Both the position numbers and the translations under genes were made by a program. A stretch of DNA of 64,000 nt from Octopus vulgaris. Its lineage: Eukaryota. The stretch is from contig OX597835.1 of NCBI GenBank assembly GCA_951406725.2, positions 21,328,001-21,392,000 of the forward strand, written 5' to 3'. Shown piece after piece: positions 25,699-39,108 of the stretch (the stretch's first letter is position 1; each line of letters opens with the position of its first letter). Below the pieces are notes generated by a model that saw only the letters and a list, made by a program, of their open reading frames with translations, searched no databases and had not been told where the DNA came from.

Positions 25699-26230
25699 CA
25701 TTTAAATATGCATATTAAGATGTTTGAATAAGTCATAGACACGTAGAACTTCGAAGTCGCTATCAATAACGCTCTTATAAATGCCAAAGACTACTACACT
25801 TCTATTGAGACGGCTACCCAGTAAGGGATCACTAATTCATTTCATATAAACTCAGCACATATAACTAATTTATACATTGTTTCATTAATATGTATATAAG
25901 AGAGAGAGGGGGAGAGAGACTCAGCAGATGCAATCCAGCTATCCTCAGTGTAGAAAACCTTTTGTAGTGCTTAAATTATTCGAAGTTACACTTCGGAAAC
26001 TTGCGATGCGAGGAATCCAGACGAGCAGATATGGAGATAATGATGCAAATAAACAAATATACATACATACATGTAGATATATATATGTAAATAGAGAGGA
26101 AACAAAACCTTAAACTATTCAGGCGATAACGATTCGTGCATAAATATATGGCTATTCGTATATTAACAGAGCAATCTTACACAGAATACAATGACACAAG
26201 ACAGTAAGGAGAAAAGGTGTGGTATTACAG

Positions 26231-26364
26231 GTCCAACAGCTGTTTCTAGAGGCTCCGAATTAGGTCATGATGTTGGCAGATATAGTTAGCAAAAACTCAA
26301 AGGTAAGCAATCACTAGTGGAAGCATATAACTATTAGGCAAATCCGGCTTCCGTCTTTAGGGAA
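26231..26364 (-). ncRNA. Degenerate hammerhead-like motif with long stem II
   Basis: Minus strand TCC-CTAAAGA...GAAA-CAGCTG-TT-GGA; G5 mutated. Confidence 0.4.
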
Positions 26365-26567
26365 GAGGGATAAGTATCAGTTTTTATCATAAAAGACTAC
26401 AAGTTACCCGAAACTAGAGTCACTAGGTTGAGTACATCATATAATTTATGCTTAATGAAGCATTTTTCTTCTTTTTTCTTTCTTTATTTTACTTTTGTCT
26501 CCTTTTCATCATTCTTTCCAAATATTTTTTCATCAATAATATATTTCTTCTTCATTTTTACGGTGTT

Positions 26568-27100
26568 TTCTTCTTCTTCTTCTTCTTCTTCTTCTTCTTC
26601 TTCTTCTTCTTCTTCTTCTTCTTCTTCTACTTCCTCTTCCTCTTCTTCTTCTTTTTCCTCTTCTTCTTCTTCTTCTTCTTCTTCTTCTTCTTCTTCTTCT
26701 TCTTCTTCTTCTATTACTACTACTACTACTATGACGACGACGACGACGACGATGATGACGGCTACTACTACTACTACTACTGCTTTTCTTTTTTCCTTCT
26801 TTTTCTTCATCTTTATTCTACTACCACTTCTTTTCTTCATTTCTTCTTTTTCTAATACTACTACTACTACTACTAATATTACTACTGCTGCTACTACTGC
26901 TACTTCTTTTCGTCTTTTATTCTTCTGCTTCTGCTGCTTCTACTCTTCTTCATCCTCCTCTTCTGCTTCTATTATTTTTTCTTTTCTTCTTCTGTATATT
27001 TTCCTCTTTTTCTTCCGATTCCTCCTCTACTACTTCTACCACCAACATCATCACTCTACCTCCATCACAACTACTACTACTACTACTACTACTACAAAAA
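26568..27100. repeat. (TTC)n/(TAC)n microsatellite field
   Basis: Direct inspection. Confidence 0.95.
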
Positions 27101-27572
27101 CTACCTTTTCTACAACTTTTGTCTTCCTCTTCCTCTTCATCACCACCGTTCTCTCTCACTCTCTTCACTCGACTACACCATACCACCAACTGAGGCAACA
27201 AAACAAGGTATCCTCAACAGGGAAGATCGCTCTTCTAGAGACAGCAGCCAAATTTCCTTAAGTGACACTCTACTTTCCTATAAAAAGAAATAAGGCAAAT
27301 TGTGGGGAAAATTTTGACAATATAAGCCTAGGTAAACAAAAACGTGAGCAACAATAAGCTTGACACAGTCGTTTAATTAAGAGAGATGGTTCCTATAGCA
27401 TAATGTTAAATCTATATTCCATATTTCGGTAAGTAATCCACTCTATGAGACTAACTGTTAGTTGAGCGAATTAGAGATTGTGTGTTCTGGAATATGTAAA
27501 TGTTAGTGCACATGCGTCTCATTTTGTGGCTATATGCGTGCATCTAAATGTATTTGACTGTACAACTGTGAG

Positions 27573-27629
<57 letters not shown>

Positions 27630-27674
27630 GTATGTAATAGTAAATGTATATAATATAAATCATATGTACGTAAA

Positions 27675-27714
<40 letters not shown>

Positions 27715-27981
27715 AACATATGTATGTACATATATATATATATGTATGTATTTATATGTATGTACATATATATGTATATGTGTGTATGTATATATATATA
27801 TATATATAAATACATATATATATATATATGTTTGTATGTATATCTATAAATATATTTGTATAAATGTGCGTACATATATGTGTTTACGCATGTGAATACG
27901 TATGTCTGGGTACATGCTTTTGTAAATATATATATATATATATATGTATATAAGTATAAATATATATATGTATATGTATAC

Positions 27982-28062
<81 letters not shown>

Positions 28063-29163
28063 TGTATTTATGTATCTATATATACACCAACAGAAACATA
28101 CACGTATACTCACACACACATACAGCACACACACACACAGCACACACATACTAGTATATGATTTCTCTATTTCGGTGCTATAATTTATCACCACCAATAT
28201 TATATATTTATTCCGCTGTCGTTTTTCATTCGTGCCTTGACGGAACATGCAGACTTTTCTAGAAAGTATTTCGTACAAATTGAAAATACATCGATCCACA
28301 TAATAGAGATCAGTTAATACCTTTTGTGTCTCCTTACCCCCACCTCTTATTCCTCACTCATTCTCTCACTCTCTCTCATTCCTTCTCCTTCTCCTCCTTT
28401 CCTTCCTAAATTTCTTTCCCTCGAAAGACAGTAGAATTACAACTAGCAACAAAAGCGAACAAGAAAGACAAGGACGGTGCAATTGTTTTTAACGATGTTC
28501 CAGAAATGTTTGCTTCGCGTTGTAATTTTTTTCCAGGAGCGTTCGAATCGATTACTAAACATGGTGATTACATGAATACTGAGCTTAACGATTGCTCAGT
28601 TTCCTGGTTTGGCTGTCAGAAGGAAATAAGAACTGAATGTTTAAAGTGAGTGATTGTATGATGAGCTAAAAATCCAAAGTACGATAGATTTTTTCTTCTT
28701 TTTTTTTTTTCATCTTTATTTTCGTGTTTTGGTGTGTAGAAAAATAAATATTTACATCATAATAGCGATGAAGTAATGGCTTCCACAAGACGTATGGACG
28801 TACGTATTAAGAGATGTTGTGATTATTGCTGTTGATGCTGTTATTGATGTTGTTTGTTTTGTCGTTGTTGTTTTAGCCACAAGACAGATTTGATTGAGTA
28901 GAACTACGATCAAACAATGTCATACAAAGCTATAACATCCAATCTTCTTTTTCTTTCATTTCTGGTTTAGTATATCTAGGACTACATTATGAAACTTGTT
29001 CTTCCTTCCTTTCTCTTTGTTCAGTCGCTAAGATGGAGTTTGTAGGAAATTTGGCTTCGGCTGTTGTTTCTAGCAAGTCGAGAAACTCTAAAGTTTCCTT
29101 CACTGACTCGTGGTGACTATGATTATGGTGGTCGACCACGTAATGGTATCGGTGTTGTTGTTG

Positions 29164-29195
<32 letters not shown>

Positions 29196-29467
29196 GGTGG
29201 TGGTGGTGGTGGAAGAGATGGTGGGGTGGGGTGGAGGAGATGGTGGGGGTGGAGATGGTAGTGACGGAGATGGTGGCGGACGTGGTGGAAGACATGGTGG
29301 CGGTGGTGATTTCCCATCCATTTTCCAAGATTTTTTAACTTCCCCAGCGTATTCTTGGAAAACAAACTTCTTGTCCGTAAAACATATCTACACACACACA
29401 CACATACACATACTTACATACGTACACACACACACATACATACACACATACATACATATACATACAT

Positions 29468-29504
<37 letters not shown>

Positions 29505-30123
29505 TACATACATACATACATACATACATACATACATACATACATACATACATACATACATACATACATACATAAATGCATACATACATAAATGCTTACA
29601 CACATATATAATGCATTTGTCGGAAAGAACGCTCTGAGAGCATTCACTTTACAGAATCGTCGGTTAATATTCTGCTTTAAGAAGTACAAATATAACTGTG
29701 ATCAGTGTAGCGAGTTGGTTTCAGGAGTGCAGTGAAGAGACACATGGAATAGATTATGAGAGGTGAATAGGCCGCTGTGTCCGAACAGTTTACAGTAAAC
29801 ACCGTATCTTGAGGTTAGAGGGTAGCGTGTTTTGGCTAGCATCTTGTAATCTGCCAGATGACATTCTTTCTTGTACCATGTTGGATGTTTGCGTGAGGGG
29901 CAAGAGAAATGCTGCTTCAAAATGTGAGATAACATTCTGCTGGATACGGGTGCTTCCCTGACCCACAACATAATATATTTAAGTGGAAGGTATCATCAGA
30001 CATTTGAGAACTGAAGTATTTTCATTTTTTATTTTTTATTTTTTTGCATTCGAAGCCAAAGGGTAGTCTTTGGGACTCGGTTTTTTTCTCGCTATAGTAA
30101 ACATTCGCTATTCTCAGTAAAGG

Positions 30124-30428
30124 TGGAGGCGCAATGGCCCATTGATTAGGGCAGCGGACTCGCGGTTGGAGGATTGCGGTTTCGATTCCCAGACAGGGCG
30201 TTGTGTGTGTTTATTGAGCGAAAACACCTAAAAGCTCCACGAGGCTCTGGCAGGGGGTGCTGGCGACCCCTGTTGTACTCTTTCGCCAGAACTTTCTATC
30301 ACTCTCTGTTCCTGTTTCTTGAGTGACGCCGCGATGGACTGGCGTCCCGTCCAGCTGGGGGGAACACATGCGCCACAGAAACCGGGAAACCGGGCCCATG
30401 AGCCTGGCTAGACTTGAAAAGGGCGACG
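30124..30428 (+). mobile_element. SINE with family B head and an alternative body/tail
   Basis: Same tRNA-Arg-like head, then GCGATGGACTGGCGTCCCGTCCAG...CAGAAACCGGGAAACCGGGCCCATGAGCC instead of the usual B tail. Confidence 0.85.
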
Positions 30429-30813
30429 TTTTTATATTGTCAGTAAAGTAGTAAAGAGACTGAACAATCTGGGGGGTCTAGCGTTTGTAACAGCATTGAG
30501 GATTTTAATTGCGTGTTGTGTAAAATATGAGGAAGTGAGATACTCTACTGTTCGCCTCGTGTGTTACGTGATAGCATTTTTATGGAGTTAAATGGTGACA
30601 ATATTTTCATGTTCCCATTGGATTATCTTCACAAGGTTTCCGATCGTGAAGTCAGTGCATGCTCGATGCGAGGTGTGAAGGTAGGATATGGATGAAGCAA
30701 GTGTGAAGGAGGTTGGGAAGGAGAGGTGTAGTGATGGATGGTATATTAAATACGCAGGAGTGCACGATGCTAGAGGTGACTACGATTAGGCCGCTAATGG
30801 TTATACAAATCTG

Positions 30814-30932
<119 letters not shown>

Positions 30933-31269
30933 GTATATGTATGTATATATACATACATATATATACATATATATACACATACATACATATATGTACATAT
31001 GGATATACATATATGTGACTGTCTGAGTGTGTGTGTGTGTGTATATGTGTTCCTGTGTGCACCTGTGTATGTATAGCAGGCAAGCTATGTTGTTGCTGAC
31101 ATGATACATATGTACAAATATAGACAGGCAGACAGATAGCTAGCTAGATAGATACATACATACATATATACATTCATAACGATATATATATACATATATA
31201 TACATGTGTGTGTGTGTGTGTAGTGTAGGTATATGTACACATGTAGGCATATATGTATATTTATGTCAA

Positions 31270-31314
<45 letters not shown>

Positions 31315-31367
31315 GTATGTATTTCTACTCATATATGAGAATATAGACATGTCAGTGTGTGTGTGTG

Positions 31368-31404
<37 letters not shown>

Positions 31405-31823
31405 CTGTAACTGAGTGTGTAACTGAGGTGTGTAACTGCGTATATATCATATATACTGTGATGTATATTAGAAGGAATAATGTTGAAATGATTGGCAAGG
31501 AATGACAAAGGAGATACTAAATAAGATATGACCGCCATATCTATCAAGTGCTCCAGAGTTGATCTGAACGTTGCGTGACTCGATGCAGCTACGATTTTAA
31601 TGGCTTTGCAGAGTTAATTAACGAAGGTGCTCACATGCACATCAACGCATATACACATCGATGCTATTACACACGTACGCACACATACTCACACACCGCC
31701 ACACACCACACACCCCACACATAAGTATGCACATACGCATGCGCCTACTGACAAGTACTTAACTCTTATTTACTCTGATTCCGGTTTCAGCTTATAAAGA
31801 CCTGCATCCACGTCTATGTGTGC

Positions 31824-31909
<86 letters not shown>

Positions 31910-32572
31910 ATAGAAATATAAATGCGCATGCGTATTCTTTTACTCTTCTACTTGCTTAAGTCATTTGACTATGGCCATGCTGGTGCACCGCCTTAAGGGA
32001 TTTTAGTCGAAGTTATCGACCCCAAGTAAGCCAGGTTCCATTTACCGAACCGCTAAGTTACGGGGACATAAACACACCAGCATTGGTTGTCAAGCTCTAA
32101 AGACCCCGTTATGCTCTAAAGACCCCGCCATCTTTGTTTTCGTTTGGTTTCCTTGTATGTCTCAACTGTCATATTTTTGTTCCCAACCATCTTTTTTTTC
32201 CCAACTAAATTCTATTTTAGAATTTACCGGAGCAAATGTCTTTGAAGACTCATATTGTCGTTGAATGCTCGAAATGAGGAGTAGGTAGACAGCCGAAAAC
32301 TGATAAAGGGCCCTTTCTCTGTTTACTTGTCTTGTTATCTATTTTAGTGATTTTATGATGAGCTACTATAATCATTTCTTAAATATAGCCACGAAACACG
32401 TGTTGTTGTTCTACCAATTATATACGTTTTTATTATTTTATTTTTTTTGCAATTTACTTAATCATTGATATTTTATTGTTATTTTAATTTTAATATTTCT
32501 GTTATATGTAATTTTCTAGATAGTGTAATTTAATTGTTCATTTTGAATTGATAAAAGGTGGGTTTTTTTCTA

Positions 32573-32640
<68 letters not shown>

Positions 32641-32687
32641 TAGAAAAAAACACCTTTTATCAATTCAAACTAATAATTATTACACTA

Positions 32688-32765
<78 letters not shown>

Positions 32766-32833
32766 ACCTCGTGAGTACCGCTGCCGATTTTTTTTCCTCT
32801 GTCTTCCCTTCTCGGAATCTTTCCTTCTCCTAT

Positions 32834-32868
32834 GTTTCCGACGAAGAGCTCCGCTCGAAACGTTAAAC
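32834..32868 (+). ncRNA. Minimal hammerhead (U4C) in a (TA)n-flanked fragment; degenerate relative at 53979-54014
   Basis: GTTT-CCGACGA-AGAGCTCCGCTC-GAAA-CG-TT-AAAC; both copies have CCTGAGCG ~20-30 nt downstream. Confidence 0.65.
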
Positions 32869-33144
32869 CCTCCTTCTTCCCTTCTTCCCTGAGCGTCCAA
32901 TAATACTTTATTTGTTCCACGTCCTCGCGTTGCTGTGTTTTTTTTTTGTTTTTTTTTTGTGTTTTCTTGTTTGGATAAACTATATATATATATAAGACGG
33001 GCTTCTTTCAATTTGCATCAACCAAATAAACTCACAAGGCTTTGGTCGGCCCGAGGTTACAGTAGAAGACACTTGCCCAATGTGCCGCGCAGTGGGACTG
33101 AACCCCAAATCCAGCAAGCTTCTTACCACACACCCACTCCTGCT

Positions 33145-33760
33145 TAATTTTTTTTCAATTCCTATATTGATTTCGCTTATTCTTTTCATGTCGTATTTTC
33201 TTTAAGCATCTTAGCTTTTTGTATGGTAACAGTTTTTCTGTTTTTCTTTTTTTTTTTTCTCTGTCTTTGCTCTTAGAGTTCTTGGGTATTTCAATATCAG
33301 ATCTGAGAACTCTAATTTTATTTCTAATTCGCTCTTACCATATTGTTTTCTTGTTTATATGTTGAGACTTTCTTTCTACTTCGATACCACACAGTGAAAT
33401 GATTATAGAAACTGCTACATAAAACACATTATTCGGCGAGGAAAGATCTACTCCATTTTCACTCAAGATGGATTTTATAACTGCATTTACCTGGACTAAT
33501 AATCTATCATTTTGAGTTGCGAATCTTGAAAAGATCATTGCAATCTTCCAGTTCGGTGTGTTTGACCTTCAGAAAATCTAATAGAATTTTCTTTGTAGAT
33601 TATTAAGTTCAGTGTCTGTGTTTCCATTTCGAATGCAATCGCTTTCAATTACATCTACATCTGGAGCAATTTCGCCGAGAACGTCGCTTTGGGTATATGT
33701 CGTACTAGCTTCAGATCCACCGTAGAAGGCTGTTTTATATCAATATTTCCATCCTTATTT
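33145..33760 (-). pseudogene. Decayed N-terminal region of an R4/Dong-like non-LTR ORF
   Basis: NNVFYVAVSIIISLCGIEV...KTIW*ERIRNKIRVLRSDI...ELKKKL resembles the pre-RT region of this clade; several stops. Confidence 0.5.
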
Positions 33761-34024
33761 CTATGGCTATAGGCCTGGACATACAACTGAATCTCTTAAA
33801 TATACAGATCAGTGAAGAACCGTTTCTTTATTATGCATTAGCAAATCTGTTTGGTCTATTAGTTGGGTTTGTTCTGTATTCGATCTAGCTGTTGGAAAGT
33901 ACATTCAGCATCATCAATATTGTTGTTGTTGTTGTTGTTGTTGTTGTCTTCATCGTCGTCGTTTTTGTTGTTGTTATTATTATCATTATCTTCTTTCAAT
34001 TTTGTTTCCATTTCTTGCCGAAAT

Positions 34025-34455
34025 GCGGCGAGCTGGCAGAAACTTTAGCACGTCGGACGAAATGCGTAGCCGTATTTCGTCTGCCGTTACGTTCTGAGTT
34101 CAAATTCCGCCGAGGCCGACTTTGCCTTTCATCCTTTCGGGGTCGATTGAATAAGTAACAGTTACGCAGTGGGATCGATATAATCGATTTAATCCGTTTG
34201 TCTGTCCTTGTTTTTCCCCTCTGTTTGTAGCCCCTTGTAGGCAGTAAAGAAATAAGAAAAGATAGCACGCTAGACGAAATGCTTAGCGGTATTTCGCCCG
34301 TCGCTACGTTCTGGGTTCAAATTCCCCCGAGGTCGACTTTGCCTTTCATCCTTTCAGAATCGATAAATTAAATACCAGTTACGCACTGGGGTCGATGAAA
34401 TCGACTTAATCCTTTCCCCAAAATTTTCAGATCTTGTGTCTATACTTGCCCAATG
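34025..34455 (+). mobile_element. SINE family C full copy (34025-34255) followed by a second, older copy in tandem
   Basis: Head GCGGCGAGCTGGCAGAAAC, B-box GAGTTCAAATTCC, Nin-like domain, tail CCCCTCTGT...AGCCCCTTGTAGGCAGTAAAGAAATA. Confidence 0.88.
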
Positions 34456-34523
34456 TGCCAAGATTATTATAATTGTCATAATCATCATCATCACCACCAC
34501 CGTCACCGTTGTCGTCATCGTGG

Positions 34524-34569
<46 letters not shown>

Positions 34570-34586
34570 TATTATTATTAACGCTG

Positions 34587-34621
<35 letters not shown>

Positions 34622-34979
34622 TGTCATCGTCCTTGTTGCAGCTTTTATCGGATTCATTCATTACGCTACACTACGAAGCAACGTAATTTATAAGTAGGAT
34701 ATCATACAATACAATATTCTCCGACACCTACATGTCCTATGCAAGATTTCACTGATATATAATAATGTAAAGTTATAAATGAGACAATGAATACTGAGGT
34801 TGCTACAAACAATGCGATACCTTGTAAGTCCTATTAGATACTCAAAGATGGAAGACTGATAATTATTTCTAACCAACATTGTAAATTCGCAGTGAAATTG
34901 TTCTCAAGTTTCTTATCATACGATATAAGACACTTGCCACGTTAGAGGGATGCAGACATTCCTGGAACGGTGATACTAT

Positions 34980-35047
<68 letters not shown>

Positions 35048-35299
35048 GCTCTCTCTCTCTCTCTCTCTTTCTCTCTTTCACTCCTGCTGCCTCTCGTTCT
35101 CCTTCTCTCTCTCACACACACATACACATACACAAACACAATGCATTCACATTACGTGGGAAGTTGTATGTGGTCGAGTGGCCTGTTAGAAATATCAGCC
35201 AAGTATCACTTCTATTTGGTTACTTTACACTGCATACAAAAATATAGACATGGAATTGCTTACAAAAATAGAAATTAATGTATATTTTTTTCTATGTAG

Positions 35300-35885
35300 A
35301 TAATTTTTTGTTTAAAATATTGAAAAAATATGTCACCAAAGAAAACATTTAATCTTTCTAGAAACACCTATAAAGTAAAGAGTGCAGAGAACCTAAGCGA
35401 TAAGGGATATGAAACTTTCTCATCAATAAAGGTATGCTGCAGCAGGTGGTCAGATGGTGTCTCAATACAGAAGAAACATAACACTGGCCAAAGATCACCA
35501 AATGCATACTGCAGCATGCCAAATACAGTCTCAAGAGAGAACGAATATGAGCCTTTCTCAAGATCTCCAATGGCACGATGCAGTAGATTACACAGAGGTC
35601 TAATGGAATAAGCTCTCCGAAACAGACCACGTACAAATTCGTTCTTCATAACATCTGGAGCTGCTTTCAGATATGATCCATCCCATTCTTATAAAAATGA
35701 TAGCTCTGTCCAAATTGGTGTGCTAAACACAAATTGTCGTTTATGCAAAAGCTTTAACATTTACTCCACAAATGTTTTGTCGTCAATGCTGCACTTTCCT
35801 GTATCACCTGTTTCAACATAATTGTAATATATCATATACAAACTATGCTGTTTTAATCCCGAGCAACGCCAAGTATCTTTGCATT
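35300..35885 (+). mobile_element. Internally deleted Helitron remnant
   Basis: MSPKKTFNLSR start; AAFRYDPSHSYKNDSSVQIGVLNTNCRLCK (Helitron N-terminal AFxYD..IGxM..C..C motif); 3'-end-like CCCGAGCAACGCCAAGTA at ~35857. Confidence 0.65.
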
Positions 35886-37320
35886 TTTTTTTATAAATTT
35901 CTAAAGCGGAACATCCACCGATTCCATCGGTAGAGGGCTGTGAGCGCCTGACGACATTCTAGGTGCCAGGTCGTTCTCAGTTTTCCTATATTGAATCTGT
36001 GCCGATCTGTCTATGTTTATCAGTTTCGGATTCGCATTAGACTTGATGCTCCAAGAATTGGGGGATTCATGCTGGTCATCTGTCCCTCAATGGAATTCGA
36101 ACGCAAAATTTCAGGACAGATACCGCGAGGAAATTCTCCTGCCAATCCATGAACCTGAACTCTTATTTCATCTACCTGCTAATGCGTTTGATCTGGAGAC
36201 AAATGCCAGTGAGCTCAACCAAAGATGAAGCCTTTTTGTCGACTCTCGCCCTACTAAAATAGCAGCTAAATCATCCCTCAAGTTACACTTTAGCATCTTA
36301 AATAAGACAATGCATATTTGATACTATGATCATACATCCTGTTGATAAATGGGATGGGAATGACTTGAAAAGCATTTCAACATACATTTGCGCGATCAGG
36401 ATTGACCTGGGGTTAAATAGCAAAAGTAGCCCAACAGAGAACCGTGAAAAGGCTACAGCGGCTACCAGTTCTGTTCCATGGAAGTCAAGTCTCTGTTTTC
36501 GATCAAATTACAGGGTGAATTAGTTAAGATGGTGAATACAAAATGATAAAACTGTCTTCCATAAAATGCGTTAGTGTTATTGACTATAGCTTCTCTCTTC
36601 TTAAACGATTGGCTGTATGAGTAACTTTAATTCTACAAAGAAATGTTCAACACAACACTGTTAACGACCTGCATATCGAACTGAACGATTTTATTGTTGC
36701 TAATGTGGAGAAATACTGTCATATTTTATTAATTGATCGTTTTCTGCCTCTATTTTAAGACCTCTTTTGCGACCTTCAATCATAATATTCTATATGATCT
36801 CCTCAAAGAAATACCGCTACTATTTGTGGTTCTACGCACAATTATTTCCTTATACTTTTTACATTTAAAATTAAAGGCGATAGTTTGTCTGCTTTCTCGA
36901 TTCCCCTGTAATGTATCTCTGGTTTTTCTGTTTTTCTTTTTTTTTTTTTTGCCTTTCTTGCATAGTTATGGCAGATTCGTCTGTGAAGTTTCCATTCAAC
37001 TTTCATTTGATTTTCCAACTGCAAGCTGTGAAAATAATAGTTTCTTGTTTAATCACATGACCACCAATTTTGAGGGGAGGGAGAAAAGTCGATACCATCG
37101 ACCTCGATATTTGATTGGTGCTTTATTTTGTTGACACCGAAAGAATAAAAGGCAAGTTTGACCTCGGTAGGTTTCGAACTCATGGCTTCAACGTGAATGT
37201 TTTCCGTTTATGTTTTATTTAGGTTTTTATCACAGAATTAAGGATAGGTCTACTGATCATTTGATGGTCTCCGATATTCAAAGAGGAGAAAGGAGGAACG
37301 ATAACTTCAGATGTGAGGCC

Positions 37321-37904
37321 TACGAGGGGGCGCTGGAAAGTTCCTGGCTTTGAGGACATTGCGAAAGGCTTGGTCGGAGGACCAGCCCTCCAAGTTCTTT
37401 TACAGAGCTTAGAAAAGCTGAAGTATCGTTGCAATATGTGTATGAATCGGAGACTCGCGGTCATAGGATCGCGCTTTCGATTCCCAGACCGGGCGTTGTG
37501 AGTGTTTATTGAGTGAAAACACCTAAAAGCTCCACGAGGCCCCGGCAGGAGATGGTGATGATCCCTGCTGTACTCTTTCACCACAACTTTCTCTCACTCT
37601 TACTTCCTGTTTCTGTTGTACCTGTATTTCAAAGGGCCGGCCTTGTCACTCTCTGTGTCGTGCTGAATATCCCCGAGAACTACGTTAAGGGTACACGTGT
37701 CTGTGGAGTGCTCAGCCACTTACACGTTAATTTCACGAGCAGGCTGTTCCGTTGATTCGGATCAACCGGAACCCTCATCGTCGTAACCGACGGAGTGCTT
37801 CCACATGAATCTGAGAGGGAAATATGTTGAATAAAGTCATAATTAACTGATCCTCTTATACTTACTTTTACCCAAATCCAGTAACATTACAGCATCCCCT
37901 CGTA
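37321..37904 (+). mobile_element. Non-autonomous mariner element interrupted by a SINE
   Basis: TIRs TACGAGGGGGCGCTG... / ...CAGCATCCCCTCGTA with TA ends; removing the SINE restores LEKLKYRCNMCMNLRGKYVE* (mariner C-terminus). Confidence 0.82.
37449..37804 (+). mobile_element. SINE family B, slightly 5'-truncated, TSD ATGAATC
   Basis: Matches 13496-13885; ATGAATC at 37442-37448 and 37805-37811. Confidence 0.9.
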
Positions 37905-38044
37905 CACCTAGCAAGGGAGTAAATTCCGTTAAGGGATTCCAATGGCCATGATATTGAGCTCGCACACAGTTGAAGTTTACCAATTAAGGACGGCAACGAG
38001 CTTTCCAGTGATTTTCCAGTTTCACTCCAGTAAATTTTATTTAT

Positions 38045-38221
38045 TCTTTTATTTCGTTTATTTGTTTCAGTCATTTGACTGCGGCCATACTGGAGCACCG
38101 CCTTTAGTCAGACAAATCGAAACCAGGACTTATACTTTGTAAGCCTATTACTAATTTTATCGGTCTATTTTGCCCAACCGCTAAGTTACGGGGACGTATA
38201 CACACCAACGTCGGTTGTCAA

Positions 38222-38257
<36 letters not shown>

Positions 38258-38657
38258 GGAGGCGCAATGGCCTAGTGGTTAGGGCAGCGGACTCGCGGTC
38301 GCAGGATCGCGGTTTCGATTCTCAGACCGGGCGTTGTGTGTGTTTATTGAGCGAAAACACCTAAAAGCTCTACGAGGCTCCGGCAGGGGGTGGTGATCCC
38401 TGCTGTACTCTTTCACCACAATGGCGGTGCCCCAGCATGGCCACAGCTCAAGAGCTGAAACTGGAAAACATAAGCATAAACAATAAACATATACGACGGG
38501 CTTCTTTCAGTTACCGTCTAACTGATTCACTCTCAAGGCTTTGGTCGGTCCCAGGCTATTGTAGAAAACACTTGCCCAAGATGCCACGCAGTGGAACTGA
38601 ACCGGGAACCGTATGGTTGGTAAGCAAGCTACTTACCACGCAGCTACTCCTGTGCCT
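38045..38657 (-). mobile_element. SINE family A split by an oppositely oriented B-head/A-like-tail SINE (38258-38485)
   Basis: A tail 38045-38220 and A head 38490-38657 on minus; B head plus GGCGGTGCCCCAGCATGGCCACAG tail on plus between them. Confidence 0.8.
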
Positions 38658-38724
38658 ATTTACAATGCTTTCTTAAACGTTCATTACTCCAATGTATGTT
38701 ATAGTTTGGTCTGACAATAGGGCC

Positions 38725-39075
38725 TGTGACCATGGCCATTTCAGGCCCTCAATATTATTGACCCCATTGTAGTTGATATTTTTTTGAATGAAAGAGAGGA
38801 AAACATAGGCTGGGATATATTCCAAGAAGAAAGCATTTCTGAGGAAAAAGGAAAGGAGGGTGTGGTTAGTTGAATCCTTGTAAGGTGGGTGTGCACAAGA
38901 GAGGTAACGAAATTACGAAAGGTGAGAAAGTAAAGTACATCTGCGTGGAGAGTGACAAGAGAACAGACATTTATAAGAGCAGGGGTTAGTGAAAAATAAA
39001 GACAAAGATAGAAAGTAGCACGTTGGTGGACCAGAGAAACGAGTATGTTGGCGGGAGACCTCATCAGTCGGGTAA
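38725..39075 (-). pseudogene. Decayed 3' end of a CR1/Jockey-like LINE
   Basis: SLVHQRATFYLCLYF...CS...PSFPF...SWN pattern resembles the post-RT tail of these LINEs. Confidence 0.4.
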
Positions 39076-39108
39076 GTGTTTTGTTTTATATTGCTTTGTT
39101 TTAATTTT

